Positions 29,405 to 39,141 of a stretch of DNA of 64,000 bases are shown here, one piece after another (within the stretch, counting starts at the first letter, position 1; every line of letters begins with the position of its first letter). Origin of the DNA: Nitrosopumilus sp. (GTDB taxonomy: Archaea > Thermoproteota > Nitrososphaeria > Nitrososphaerales > Nitrosopumilaceae); NCBI GenBank assembly GCA_965238275.1, contig OZ250186.1:992001-1056000 (forward strand), read 5' to 3'. The notes under the pieces were generated by a model. That model was given only the letters and a program-made list of their open reading frames with translations, made no database searches and was not told the DNA's origin. The position numbers were made by a program, and so were the translations under genes.

Positions 29405-29608
29405 TTAAGGAGTAAAAGCGTCATGCAGTGCTTTTCTCAAGGCACGCGTATCGTTGCCGCGATCCTTGTTCCCGAAGAACAGCTCACAGTGTGCGCATTT
29501 TTGGCAGGCGCACACCCTGAAAGGACGGCGTGGATCCGGGGTCAATGTTTCCCAAATGAACTCGGCGCCTCCACAAAATCGGCATTCCTTCTTGATCTCA
29601 TCCATCAT
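29405..29608 (-). CDS. Small zinc-ribbon protein
   Basis: CRFCGG...CQKCAHCELF. Confidence 0.55.
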   Translation of the reverse strand: MMDEIKKECRFCGGAEFIWETLTPDPRRPFRVCACQKCAHCELFFGNKDRGNDTRALRKALHDAFTP

Positions 29609-29741
29609 GGCGATCCGATCTAACGGGTATAAAACAGGGATTATTCAGCAATCGGGAGAAGATCCGCACCATCCCAGCTCTCGAAGATTATACAGAACCT
29701 TTTTACGGTAACTTTATAAGTACGGTACCATACGGTATATC

Positions 29742-30884
29742 ATGGTAGATGATATCAGACTCGATAGTTTGGAGGGCGTTGGCCCCGTAACTACAAGAAA
29801 GCTATCTGACGCAGGTATTCACAACGTTATGGATCTCATAGTGAGGGGTCCTGTGGAAATATCTGAGATAACCGGAATGGAGAGGGATACTGCAGACAAG
29901 ATTGTCAACAAGGCCAGGCAACACATGGTTGAAGGCGGAATGATTGCCAAGGATTTTGTCAGTGCAAGCGAGATCTACAAACACAGACAGAGCATCGGCA
30001 AGATTACAACCGGCACAAACTGCCTTGATACGTTGTTTGACGGCGGAGTTGAAACACAGGCTCTGACAGAAGTCTATGGAGAGTTCGGATGCGGCAAGAC
30101 ACAATTTGCCCATACCATGTCTGTCATGGTTCAAAAGACCAAGGCAGAAGGCGGACTTGAGGGCGGTGTCTTGTATATTGACACTGAAAACACCTTCAGG
30201 CCCGAAAGAATCGTCTCGATTGCCCAGGTACATGAGATGGATCCAGAAAAGGTTCTAGACAACATCATCGTTGCACGTGCCTACAACAGCGCACACCAGA
30301 CACTGATTCTAGAAGAGGCAGGCCAGGTAATTAAAGAGAACAACATCCGACTGATCGTTGCAGATTCTGCAGTGGGGCTTTTCCGTTCCGAATATCTTGG
30401 AAGGGGAACGTTGTCCAACAGGCAGCAAAAACTAAATCATTTTGTGCACCTGTTGTCCCGAATTGCAGAGACATACAACTGTGCTGCAATTGCAACCAAC
30501 CAGGTAATGGCATCCCCTGACGTCTTTTTTGGAGATCCCACACGCCCGATTGGTGGAAACGTCGTTGCGCACACAAGCACCTACCGGATATACTTCAAGA
30601 AATCCGGCAAGAAGCGAATCGCCAGAATGGTCGACAGTCCTCACCACCCAGAGGAGGAGACAATATTTGCCCTCGGCGAGGCAGGTGTCATGGATCTCGA
30701 AGATACTGTTAAGACCAAAAAGAGTACCAAAAAAGAGACTTCCAAGAAAGAAACCCCCAAAGAGTCCAATGCTACGACATCCGATGAAACCGAATCCGAG
30801 AATGCTGCTGCTGCTGCTGCTGCTGCTGTGAACGCAGAGCCTGCAACAGATCTCAGTGACGCTGATCCTGAACCCCTAGAGTAA
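29742..30884 (+). CDS. radA: DNA repair and recombination protein RadA with low-complexity C-terminal tail
   Basis: HhH N-terminus, GEFGCGKTQ, YIDTENTFRPER, GRGTLSNRQQKL, PIGGNVVAH. Confidence 0.96.
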   Translation: MVDDIRLDSLEGVGPVTTRKLSDAGIHNVMDLIVRGPVEISEITGMERDTADKIVNKARQHMVEGGMIAKDFVSASEIYKHRQSIGKITTGTNCLDTLFDGGVETQALTEVYGEFGCGKTQFAHTMSVMVQKTKAEGGLEGGVLYIDTENTFRPERIVSIAQVHEMDPEKVLDNIIVARAYNSAHQTLILEEAGQVIKENNIRLIVADSAVGLFRSEYLGRGTLSNRQQKLNHFVHLLSRIAETYNCAAIATNQVMASPDVFFGDPTRPIGGNVVAHTSTYRIYFKKSGKKRIARMVDSPHHPEEETIFALGEAGVMDLEDTVKTKKSTKKETSKKETPKESNATTSDETESENAAAAAAAAVNAEPATDLSDADPEPLE

Positions 30885-30991
30885 ACCACTCTCTTTTTAT
30901 TTTTATAATCAATCTTTGGCTGGTCCCGTATGGCCTGTCCTTGGCTGAACCAGCATGGTTTTAAATAGGGCTTTGGAAGGTTTTACACTAC

Positions 30992-31291
30992 ATGGCAACC
31001 AAGAAGTCCCACGGCCGTTCCCACGGGTTCAGGCACAAGTCCAGATCCGTCATGAAAAAGAGGGCACCAAGAGGCGTCTCGTTCCTGTTGCGTGAATACC
31101 AGACAGGCCAGCAGGCACTCGTAATTATTGATCCCAGGCAGCACAAGGGGCTGCCACACCGGAGATACCACGGCAAGGTTGGCGTGATTACCGATGTTGG
31201 CCGGCGAGCTATAACACTTGATGTAAAACTTGGAAACAAATCGAAAACCTTAATCACTAGGTTGGATCATATAAAACCGTTCGGTGTATAG
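30992..31291 (+). CDS. rpl21e: 50S ribosomal protein L21e
   Basis: SHGFRHKSR, HKGLPHRRYHGKVG, RLDHIKP. Confidence 0.95.
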   Translation: MATKKSHGRSHGFRHKSRSVMKKRAPRGVSFLLREYQTGQQALVIIDPRQHKGLPHRRYHGKVGVITDVGRRAITLDVKLGNKSKTLITRLDHIKPFGV

Positions 31292-31295
31292 AGAT

Positions 31296-31622
31296 ATGGA
31301 AGAAATACAAAAGAGACAGGCAATCTCGCTGCCAGAGACCAAACAGATTCTGGGCAAGGTTGATCCCGAGGACATGGATCAGATTCAGCGCTGGACGTTT
31401 GACTATGTATCAAAATTTACATCAATTGACCCTGATAGCGCCCGGGAGATGAAGAAGATGCTCATAGAGGGATGCGAACTGACTGAAGACGAGGCAGTTG
31501 AAATCGTAAACATCAGACCAACAAGTATGGCCGAGCTTCGCTCCTTTACTTTTGGGTGGAAGAAGCTGATTCTTGCAGAGACTCTGGAAAGAATACTTAG
31601 GATAATCCGGGAGCATTCCTAA
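31296..31622 (+). CDS. rpo4: RNA polymerase subunit Rpo4 (RpoF)
   Basis: IQRWTFDYVSKF...AVEIVNIRP...ELR; conserved position after L21e. Confidence 0.88.
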   Translation: MEEIQKRQAISLPETKQILGKVDPEDMDQIQRWTFDYVSKFTSIDPDSAREMKKMLIEGCELTEDEAVEIVNIRPTSMAELRSFTFGWKKLILAETLERILRIIREHS

Positions 31623-31642
31623 ATATTCAAGCGTGTTTAATC

Positions 31643-32209
31643 TTGGACCGGGCACAACAACCACCCAGAAGATATGAGGAATACACTTATGTACTGGATT
31701 TTAACCCGCGGGGAAGGTCATCGACCATCCGTGGCAAGGATGGAATAATCGTGACTGTAATAGGCGAGGACCGGCTAACCCTCCTGGAGGTTCTCGGGGT
31801 GCCAAACTCGACATTTGACGTCGGGGAGCGGATCTACATTGGCAGGGAGGGACGTACAAAGGCCCTCTCCGTACTGGGAAAGATGGATTATTCCGGGATC
31901 TCAATGTCAGCGCAAAACGAACTGCCCGGAGTGGTTGAAAATATTGTGACTCGTAACGAGTCCCGGTTTATTGAATATTTGAACAACGCAAGACCCCTGA
32001 CCCCAAGAATTCATGCATTGGAACTGATTCCGGGAATAGGCAAGATGTACATGAAGACGATGCTTGAGGAGCGGGAGATCAAAAAGTTCGAGAGCTACGA
32101 GGACCTGCAGGAGCGGGTGGGACTCAAGGATCCGATAAGGCACATCTCTGAAAGAATCATAGACGAGCTGACAGGACAGAGCCGGATGAATCTTTTTGTA
32201 AAGAAATGA
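31643..32209 (+). CDS. DUF655-family protein (OB fold plus HhH)
   Basis: EEYTYVLDF, LTLLE, RIHALELIPGIGK. Confidence 0.9.
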   Translation: MDRAQQPPRRYEEYTYVLDFNPRGRSSTIRGKDGIIVTVIGEDRLTLLEVLGVPNSTFDVGERIYIGREGRTKALSVLGKMDYSGISMSAQNELPGVVENIVTRNESRFIEYLNNARPLTPRIHALELIPGIGKMYMKTMLEEREIKKFESYEDLQERVGLKDPIRHISERIIDELTGQSRMNLFVKK

Positions 32210-32910
32210 CAAGGCATCAACAACTGGGACAACACTTTCTAAACTCCGGTTCCATTGCCAGGCTGATAGTGTCTGAGGCTAGAATCACAAAAAATGATGT
32301 CGTCTTTGAACTGGGAACCGGCTTGGGAATCCTTACGCCGCTGCTGTGCAGCATGGCAGGCCGCGTGATATCCATTGATGCTGACAGGCAGCTTGCAGAG
32401 GCTGCCAGATCCGCACTCTCTGGCGTCAGAAACCTTGTCATACGGCACGGTGACGGCCTTGAGAGCGCCGATAATTTTTCAATCTTTGTATCAAACCTGC
32501 CATACTCTCGAAGCAGGGATGCAATAGAGTGGCTGGCCCAGAGGCAGTTTTCCCACGGGGTAATGATGGTTCAGCGGGAGTTTGCAGAAAAGCTGTTTGC
32601 CGTATCCTCTGCAAGAAGGGCAGTAAGCATAGTGGCCATGCATGCATTTGACATCCGGATGATCTCTTCGGTGGGAAGGAACAACTTCAAGCCGCCTCCC
32701 AAGGTCGATTCTGTGATTCTGGGAATAACAAAAAGAGGCAGTCTGGACCAGGAGCAGATACAAACCATCAACAGAATCTTCTCGTACAGGCGCAAGACTG
32801 TGAAAAACGTTTTACGGCAGTTCGGACTGGATTCAACAGAATGCCAAAGAATAGACGACCTTTCAGGAGATGAGATAGTCGGCATTGCAAACCGGATTCT
32901 TGGCAGATGA
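32206..32910 (+). CDS. rsmA: 16S rRNA dimethyladenosine transferase
   Basis: LGQHFL, ELGTGLG, SNLPY, MVQREFA, F.PPPKVDS. Confidence 0.92.
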   Translation: MTRHQQLGQHFLNSGSIARLIVSEARITKNDVVFELGTGLGILTPLLCSMAGRVISIDADRQLAEAARSALSGVRNLVIRHGDGLESADNFSIFVSNLPYSRSRDAIEWLAQRQFSHGVMMVQREFAEKLFAVSSARRAVSIVAMHAFDIRMISSVGRNNFKPPPKVDSVILGITKRGSLDQEQIQTINRIFSYRRKTVKNVLRQFGLDSTECQRIDDLSGDEIVGIANRILGR

Positions 32911-33418
32911 CGAGTATACCCCGTCTGAGGACACCTTCTTCATGGCAGATCACCTTGAAGACGAGACAGGCGGCATGGCGCTGGATGTGGGGAGCGGCTC
33001 GGGATATCTGACCAAGCTGCTCTGCAGAAACTTTTCGCTGGTGGTGGGAACAGACATCAACTTCGGCGTATTAAGCAGACAGACATACCGGACAGAAAAC
33101 CTGGTGTGCTGTAATGGATCCGATGCCCTGCGGGCAAGGTTTGATCTCATAGTCTGCAACCTGCCGTATCTTGCAACCGATGAAATACTGGATGCTGCAA
33201 CCGACGGCGGCCCCGAGGGCTTTGAGGTTCCCAAAAAGATCCTAGACTCCGTATGCGGGAATATCCAAAATGACGGCAAGTTTGTCTTTGTGACGTCCTC
33301 GCTGTCAAACCATGAACGGCTGGCTGGCTACGCCCAAAGCCTGGGACTGAGGACCAGGATAGCTGCAAGAAAGAAACTCTTCTTTGAGGAACTGATTCTC
33401 GTAGAGGCGACACACTGA
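32885..33418 (+). CDS. HemK2/Mtq2-like protein methyltransferase
   Basis: YTPSEDTF, LDVGSGSG, NLPYL, DGGPEG, LFFEEL. Confidence 0.88.
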   Translation: MQTGFLADDEYTPSEDTFFMADHLEDETGGMALDVGSGSGYLTKLLCRNFSLVVGTDINFGVLSRQTYRTENLVCCNGSDALRARFDLIVCNLPYLATDEILDAATDGGPEGFEVPKKILDSVCGNIQNDGKFVFVTSSLSNHERLAGYAQSLGLRTRIAARKKLFFEELILVEATH

Positions 33419-33419
33419 A

Positions 33420-34451
33420 TTATCTTCTGAGCATGCTGACTGCATATGCGATTATGGCATCTGTCATCTGTGTTGTTGAGGCGCTGCCTCCGATATCCCA
33501 CGTTACGGCCCTGCCCTCGTTGACTACCTGCTCTGTTGCAGAAAACACCGCATCCCTGATTGCAGTCTCTCCCAGATAGCCTGCCATCCAGGCTCCGGAA
33601 AGGATGGCCGCAGTCGGATTTACCTTGTTCTGGCCTGCAAACTGCGGCGCGCTGCCGTGTGCGGCCTCAAACATTGCAAAGTCGTCACCCATGTTTGCCG
33701 AATAAATGAGCCCTATGGATCCCACCAGTCCTGAAACAAGCTCCGAGATTATGTCCATGAACAGGTTTGTACTTACCAGGACGGTCCCGTTGAACTGCTC
33801 CGGGGCCACGACCAGCTGCTGTGCCATGTTGTCTATGTATATCTCCGATACCTCCACATCCGTCCCTTCTGCGGCCCTTACTGCGGCATTCCAGAATATG
33901 CCGTCAGTCTGTTTCAGGATGTTCCTCTTGGTTATTGCCACCATCTTCTTCATATCGTGATCCCTGGCCCACTCCATTGCAGAGTTGAGCAGCCTGTCGC
34001 ACCCTCTTCTTGTTATCTTTCTGATGGCGATTGCATCGTCATCTGTAATCTTGGCCTCAATGCCTGCGTACAGCCCCTCGGTGGCCTCCCTGAAGCATAC
34101 GCAGTCAAGTTTTCTGCCCGGGGTCAGCCTCTCAAAGGTCTTTGCAGGCCTGATGTTGGCGTACAGGTTGAACTTTTGGCGCAGGGTGACTGCAACGCTT
34201 CTTGGCGCGTCGGGAACGGGAATCGTCGTGGTCGGACCCTTGAAGCATGCATCCGAGTCCTCCAGAATCCTGACAGTTCCTTCCGGGATGTATGATGAAT
34301 CCCTCCTGCCGTTCCTGTCCCACTGCTCGGATCCGGCATCGCACAGGATGATCTCAGACTGGATGTTGCACTCCCTGAGAACCCTGAGCATCGAGTCTAC
34401 GACCTCTGGCCCTATCCCGTCTCCCCTCATCACTGCAGTCTTTTTGCCCAA
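33420..34451 (-). CDS. Isocitrate/isopropylmalate dehydrogenase family protein
   Basis: GDGIGPEV, LRQKFNLYANIRP, REATEGLY, FEAAHGSAP, NPTA. Confidence 0.92.
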   Translation of the reverse strand: MGKKTAVMRGDGIGPEVVDSMLRVLRECNIQSEIILCDAGSEQWDRNGRRDSSYIPEGTVRILEDSDACFKGPTTTIPVPDAPRSVAVTLRQKFNLYANIRPAKTFERLTPGRKLDCVCFREATEGLYAGIEAKITDDDAIAIRKITRRGCDRLLNSAMEWARDHDMKKMVAITKRNILKQTDGIFWNAAVRAAEGTDVEVSEIYIDNMAQQLVVAPEQFNGTVLVSTNLFMDIISELVSGLVGSIGLIYSANMGDDFAMFEAAHGSAPQFAGQNKVNPTAAILSGAWMAGYLGETAIRDAVFSATEQVVNEGRAVTWDIGGSASTTQMTDAIIAYAVSMLRR

Positions 34452-34586
34452 AACTGTCAGGCCTTACAGCGTTTATTATTTAATCCTACTCTGCATGTTC
34501 AGGTACAAGCCTCCGGCCGTGACGTAATGCCTGATACGTATTCTCGATAGGTTCGATTTAATACGTGATGCAGTCATGACAAATTC

Positions 34587-35336
34587 ATGCTGATTGTCCA
34601 TATATCTGATCTCCATGTAGGCTCCCAGTTCCTGCCAGAAAAGTTTGATGTTCTGGAAGACGAGATCAACAGGCTGAATCCGGATGTCATCGTCGTTACG
34701 GGGGATCTGACCAACGAGGGTCTGGTAGGCGAGTATGAGCGGTGCAGGACACTGCTGGAAAGGCTTTCCACGGGTAGGAGGATGATTGCAGTCAGCGGAA
34801 ACCATGACTACAGAAACACCGGCTACCTGCTGTTCAAAAAATTCTTTCCGTTTGAGCCGGTAAACGAGCTTGATGATGACACCGTTCTGGTCACTGTGGG
34901 GACTGCCAGACCTGACAGAAACGAAGGGGAGGTGGGATACAGGCAGAACCTCTGGCTGGAGCGAACCATGAAAAAGTATGCAGACCGGATAAAGATTGTT
35001 GCAATGCATCACCACCTTATTGCCATTCCTGATACGGGATCGGATCAGCTTACCGTGGTTGATGCAGGCGACGTACTGCGGACAGTACTGGATACCGGGG
35101 TGGATGTTGTCATGTGCGGACACAAGCACAGGCCGTGGGCGTGGAACCTTGGCACCCTGACTGTCCTCAACGCAGGCACTCCCACATCAGAACGGGTACG
35201 CGGCCTGTTTGAGAACACCTACAACATCATCAACATCTCCAACAGACAGATAAGCATAGATCTCAAGGTTGTAGGCGGAAAAAGGATCCCAATGGATGAA
35301 TTTGTGAGAAACTACAGCCAATCTCACGTCGAATGA
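34587..35336 (+). CDS. Metallophosphoesterase (calcineurin-like)
   Basis: HISDLH, TGDLT, GNHD, MHHH, CGHKH. Confidence 0.92.
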   Translation: MLIVHISDLHVGSQFLPEKFDVLEDEINRLNPDVIVVTGDLTNEGLVGEYERCRTLLERLSTGRRMIAVSGNHDYRNTGYLLFKKFFPFEPVNELDDDTVLVTVGTARPDRNEGEVGYRQNLWLERTMKKYADRIKIVAMHHHLIAIPDTGSDQLTVVDAGDVLRTVLDTGVDVVMCGHKHRPWAWNLGTLTVLNAGTPTSERVRGLFENTYNIINISNRQISIDLKVVGGKRIPMDEFVRNYSQSHVE

Positions 35337-35367
35337 TTTTTTTAGATACTGATTCTAGGGCTCTTGT

Positions 35368-35454
35368 GCGGGGATCGCCTAGCTTGGTAGGGCGTGGGAT
35401 TGCTAATCCCATGTCCGCAAGGACACGGGGGTTCAAATCCCCCTCCCCGCGCCA
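35368..35454 (+). tRNA. tRNA-Ser(GCT)
   Basis: Acceptor stem GCGGGGA/TCCCCGC, anticodon arm TGGGA-TTGCTAA-TCCCA, long variable arm, GTTCAAATC T-loop, encoded CCA. Confidence 0.95.
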
Positions 35455-35490
35455 TTAAAACTTTATAGTGCATTCCAGAAGAGTCACTCC

Positions 35491-35652
35491 ATGGGACGAA
35501 GAAAGACTCAAAAGATTATCCGTACTGGCCCAAAGAACGCAACCACGGGAATGTGTCCACTCTGCAGGACCATCGGCAGGGTGTTTCTCCTTGGCCCCCC
35601 AGGAGAGGAGAGGGGAAAGTGTGAAAAGTGCCGTCAGGAATTTGAATTATAG
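35491..35652 (+). CDS. Small Elf1-like zinc-ribbon protein (53 aa)
   Basis: MGRRKTQKIIRTGPKNATTGMCPLCRT...GKCEKCRQEFEL*; basic N-terminus plus two CxxC. Confidence 0.7.
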   Translation: MGRRKTQKIIRTGPKNATTGMCPLCRTIGRVFLLGPPGEERGKCEKCRQEFEL

Positions 35653-35900
35653 CCTTGCATGAAAACCGCCCTGATTTTTACAGTCCGCCGGCACCTGTCG
35701 CCGGATGCGCAGATCGCATGCGTCCTGGCCGGCCCGTGCATTCTGAAGCCGCATTCCAAAAACCCCCGGGCAGACACTGCATGTCTGTAGCATGCCTGTC
35801 CGATCTGTGCCTGCACATTCAGGCATCCTGGGGTGTCGTGCATGGGGAATTCCATGCCAAACCATTAACTTTTTAAGAAAAATCATTTCCATAGATCTGT

Positions 35901-36071
35901 ATGGATCCTGAAGCAGAGACGATATATGGCCGTGTTGCAAGACTTGAAGACGAGGTCGCCCTTCTTAGAAACGAGGTCGATACCATAAAAAAGGCAATGA
36001 GAAGCAAGATTATACGTCATGAGATAGCGATGATCAAGAACGGCGCCGATGTAAATTCTATAGTTGATTGA
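35901..36071 (+). CDS. Small coiled-coil hypothetical protein (56 aa)
   Basis: MDPEAETIYGRVARLEDEVALLRNEVDTIKKAMRSKIIRHEI...; TTTTTAAG upstream. Confidence 0.65.
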   Translation: MDPEAETIYGRVARLEDEVALLRNEVDTIKKAMRSKIIRHEIAMIKNGADVNSIVD

Positions 36072-36843
36072 TCCTTTGTTTTGTTTCATCGATCAACTCT
36101 AGAACGAACTCCGTATCCTCTGCATCCGGACTGATCTCCAGATATCTTGCAAGATCCTCCAGTCCCGGTTCCGGATTTGACATCCTGCACTCCAGGATTC
36201 CCCTGTCCCTGATGTCCGGAGGGGACTCTGGCATGACGGCCAGAATCATGTTTGTGCACCTGAGTGCCCTGTCATAATCCAGCATCCTGGCATAGGAATC
36301 CCTTGTGTCGTGCATCATCTCCACAAGAATCCGTCCCTGGCTCATCTGTCCGGAGGTTCCGTGCCGCCGCGTCCCGTCCTGCTGCCGCTGCCGCTGCTGC
36401 TGCAACAGCAGCAGCCTGCCGCGGGCCGTATCAAGAACCGTGCCGCCGCATTCCACCATGACAGATTCTGCATCCCTGAAAATCACAGCGTCCAGTCCGA
36501 CAAATCTTGCAACCTCTGCATACAGGACGGCCATGCACATGACAGTCCCCCTCCTCCTGTCAATCAGGTTGTTTAGGAACATGCCGGATGTGCCATCTGC
36601 ATCAAAGCCCAGATTCCCAAAGAGATGCTCGCTTAGCATCCGGATCCTGTCTGCCGGATCATTGATGGCTCCTGCTTGCTCCCTCAGGGACATCCCAATC
36701 CTGCCTATTCTTCGGACATATTCATCCACATCAAGATCCGGATGCTCCAGAATCTGTGCCATCTTTAGCGCCTTTTCAACCAGATTGAATCCGGGATTCT
36801 CTACAAACGAGAGCCATTCTGACACAAGCGGATCAAACTTCAA
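36058..36843 (-). CDS. SirB1-like transglutaminase-core/TPR protein
   Basis: LFGNLGF...FLNNLIDRRRG...LYAEVA; C-terminal TPR DIRDRGIL...LARYLEISPDAED; start placed at TTG 36843. Confidence 0.8.
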   Translation of the reverse strand: MKFDPLVSEWLSFVENPGFNLVEKALKMAQILEHPDLDVDEYVRRIGRIGMSLREQAGAINDPADRIRMLSEHLFGNLGFDADGTSGMFLNNLIDRRRGTVMCMAVLYAEVARFVGLDAVIFRDAESVMVECGGTVLDTARGRLLLLQQQRQRQQDGTRRHGTSGQMSQGRILVEMMHDTRDSYARMLDYDRALRCTNMILAVMPESPPDIRDRGILECRMSNPEPGLEDLARYLEISPDAEDTEFVLELIDETKQRINQL

Positions 36844-38057
36844 CTCTGCCGGCTCATCTTTTTGACATACATCTGCGGATCCTTGAGCTCCCTCGTACTT
36901 GGAGGCACCTCGATTATCTTTTTGAATGCGCTCCTGCCAAGGCTCTCGTAGACTGCCTCGGTGAAATCCTTGCCCATGCTCTTTCTGACCTGGTATGACG
37001 AAAAATCCGTCCCCATGAACGTGGCCAGGTAGTTTTGAAAGTCCTGGTCGTCTCGCAGAATGTTCTCGATTGCAAATCCGGCCATCCCCTCCATTGCAGT
37101 AAATGCTGCATGGTGCTGCTGTATGGGAACAAGCCACCTCTTGTAGATGTCCAAGAGCTGCGGAACGGCTTGGCCGATCTGGGGGTCTATCTCTACGTGC
37201 GTAAACGTCATGACGTCCGGCCCAATCTGCTCAATCAGAAAGTGATCCGGATTCAAAAAGAAGAACAGGTTGGCCCTCTTTGCAAATGGAAAGTCGTCTG
37301 GCACCGCCTGCAGCTGGCAGTACTCTGAAAGCCTACTGACAGTATCGGCATCAAGTGACAGTATTATGCCTGCAAGCTCCTCGTTGATTCTGTTGACCTC
37401 TGCTGCGGCACGCCTGTTTACCTGCTGCAGGTTCCCCTGCGCCGAGTGGATGATCTCCTCCAGTACTGTCATCTTTATGGCTCCCCTGTACCCTGAATTC
37501 ACGTCCCCAAACCTTGACTCGTACGGCTCCCCCTGCTTGTGGAGGATTATCTGCGGATACCTTGAGAGGATGAATCTGTTCAGGTATATCACGGAGTCCA
37601 GATAGTCGCCATACGTGGTGGTAATCTTTGATATGTACTGTATTGCATACGTCGAGTAAACAAAATACTTTGCCGTATCCTGCTGCATCAGTTCTGCTAT
37701 CCTGCCGTGATCCTCCTTTGCAACTGCTGCAAAAAGATCCCTGACATACCCTGTTGCCCCCTTTTGTGCAAAGACCTTCCTGCCCTTGAGCATCTTCAGC
37801 TCGTCAAGCTCCGGAAACTCCAGCCGCAGGCTCTCCGGAATGCTGACTCCGAGGAATTCCTCTGCCTTGTGTCTGTATGATGCAAGAGCCTCTGCTGCAA
37901 CCTCGCTGATATCCTGAAACCGCACCCTTTCTCCGATATCCTCTGCGGCCGTGGCAGCCATGCGTGTAATCTCCTTCTCCTCGTTAATCTCCACTGTCAG
38001 CTGGCCAAACAGGGCCTCGGCAAACTCCTCAAACTCACCCAATTCGAATAGGATCAA
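36840..38057 (-). CDS. Hypothetical zincin-like metalloprotein
   Basis: VLEEIIHSAQ and TAMEGMA resemble zincin motifs; long clean ORF. Confidence 0.7.
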   Translation of the reverse strand: MILFELGEFEEFAEALFGQLTVEINEEKEITRMAATAAEDIGERVRFQDISEVAAEALASYRHKAEEFLGVSIPESLRLEFPELDELKMLKGRKVFAQKGATGYVRDLFAAVAKEDHGRIAELMQQDTAKYFVYSTYAIQYISKITTTYGDYLDSVIYLNRFILSRYPQIILHKQGEPYESRFGDVNSGYRGAIKMTVLEEIIHSAQGNLQQVNRRAAAEVNRINEELAGIILSLDADTVSRLSEYCQLQAVPDDFPFAKRANLFFFLNPDHFLIEQIGPDVMTFTHVEIDPQIGQAVPQLLDIYKRWLVPIQQHHAAFTAMEGMAGFAIENILRDDQDFQNYLATFMGTDFSSYQVRKSMGKDFTEAVYESLGRSAFKKIIEVPPSTRELKDPQMYVKKMSRQS

Positions 38058-38269
38058 GGCACACTACATTTAACGCTATCCTGATCTCCAGTGGATGGAA
38101 ATGTGTCTAATTGCACATGCCAAGACAAGGGCGTTTTGCATCCGTTCAAGCTCGTACGTATCTTTTGGGACCTGCAGGCGTTAACCTGGCAGTCACAAGT
38201 GTTCCACCGTTTCTGTGAAATCATCGGCTCGATACGGCTTCCCCACCATGCCGCCATCCACAGAAGGAT

Positions 38270-38530
38270 CCAATCCCTAGATGCAGGTGCTGTAAATGAA
38301 TATCGGGAAGGACAGCAGCAGTATGCGCACCGACTCGTTCCTGTTTGTGGTGCGGGGCCTGGGGGACTTGTAGTTGCTGTACGCAGTCTCCACTCCCCAG
38401 CAGAGGCGGTACTGTTCTGCGAATCCGTGTGCACCTGTCAGACTGCTGCCGGACACGATGGCCGTCTCGATCCTGGTAGCGGGGCCGCGCGCGGCAGTCA
38501 ATACAGAACAACAATGAAATACCAATGCCG
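38270..38530 (-). pseudogene. IS4/ISH3-like transposase C-terminal relic
   Basis: YRLCWGVETAYSNYK.PRPRTTNRNESVR resembles the Y-R-W-IE-K signature of IS4-superfamily DDE transposases; truncated. Confidence 0.65.
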
Positions 38531-38542
38531 TGTAATGATGGT

Positions 38543-38848
38543 ATGGCATCGCCGATAGTAATCCCGATAATCCTGGTAGCGATCATCGGGCTGTCAGGGT
38601 ATCTCATATACAAGTTTGTGATATTTGACTTCTCCTGCAAGAGATCCGTAACCCGAATGCTTCGCAAATACAAGATCCAAAAGAGTCCCTCCCAGATAAT
38701 CCGGGAGTACTATGCCTTGAAGGGGGAATCGCTCCCTGCAAAGGACATCATGGACCTCGAACGCACCTACAGGCAGAAAGAGCCCGAGCAGTTCCTTGCA
38801 ATGTATGATGCTGTGCGGGAAAGCCACAAGCGAAACGGAGAAGAATAA
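38543..38848 (+). CDS. Small membrane-anchored hypothetical protein
   Basis: N-terminal TM MASPIVIPIILVAIIGLSGYLIY followed by a helical domain. Confidence 0.72.
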   Translation: MASPIVIPIILVAIIGLSGYLIYKFVIFDFSCKRSVTRMLRKYKIQKSPSQIIREYYALKGESLPAKDIMDLERTYRQKEPEQFLAMYDAVRESHKRNGEE

Positions 38849-39141
38849 CAGCCAGTCCTCAGGGGAGCATATTGCTCAGATGTGAGGCATGTCGGTACAC
38901 CCGTGCCTGTTGCAGGAAACCGCTTCTGGTGTGGCATATTGGGGCATATAGAAGTGATTAAAAACAAAAATGAAAGGAATGACAGTCAGTTTCCAGGAGT
39001 TGTGTAACCGTTTCGCTTTTTGAAGTGGGCTGACTGTTGCAGCATGGACAGATATGCCGGATTGCCTCACGTACAAAGTCATGCGCAGCCCTGTCAAGCA
39101 GGCGGCTTTCCGTATTTTCCAATGCATTTTTCATGCATGTC

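Noticed and set aside
29742-30884. RadA intein
   Set aside because: The Walker A region is uninterrupted; the extra length is a C-terminal low-complexity tail.
35455-35900. Integrated element at tRNA-Ser
   Set aside because: No integrase and no duplicate of the tRNA 3' end seen in the window.
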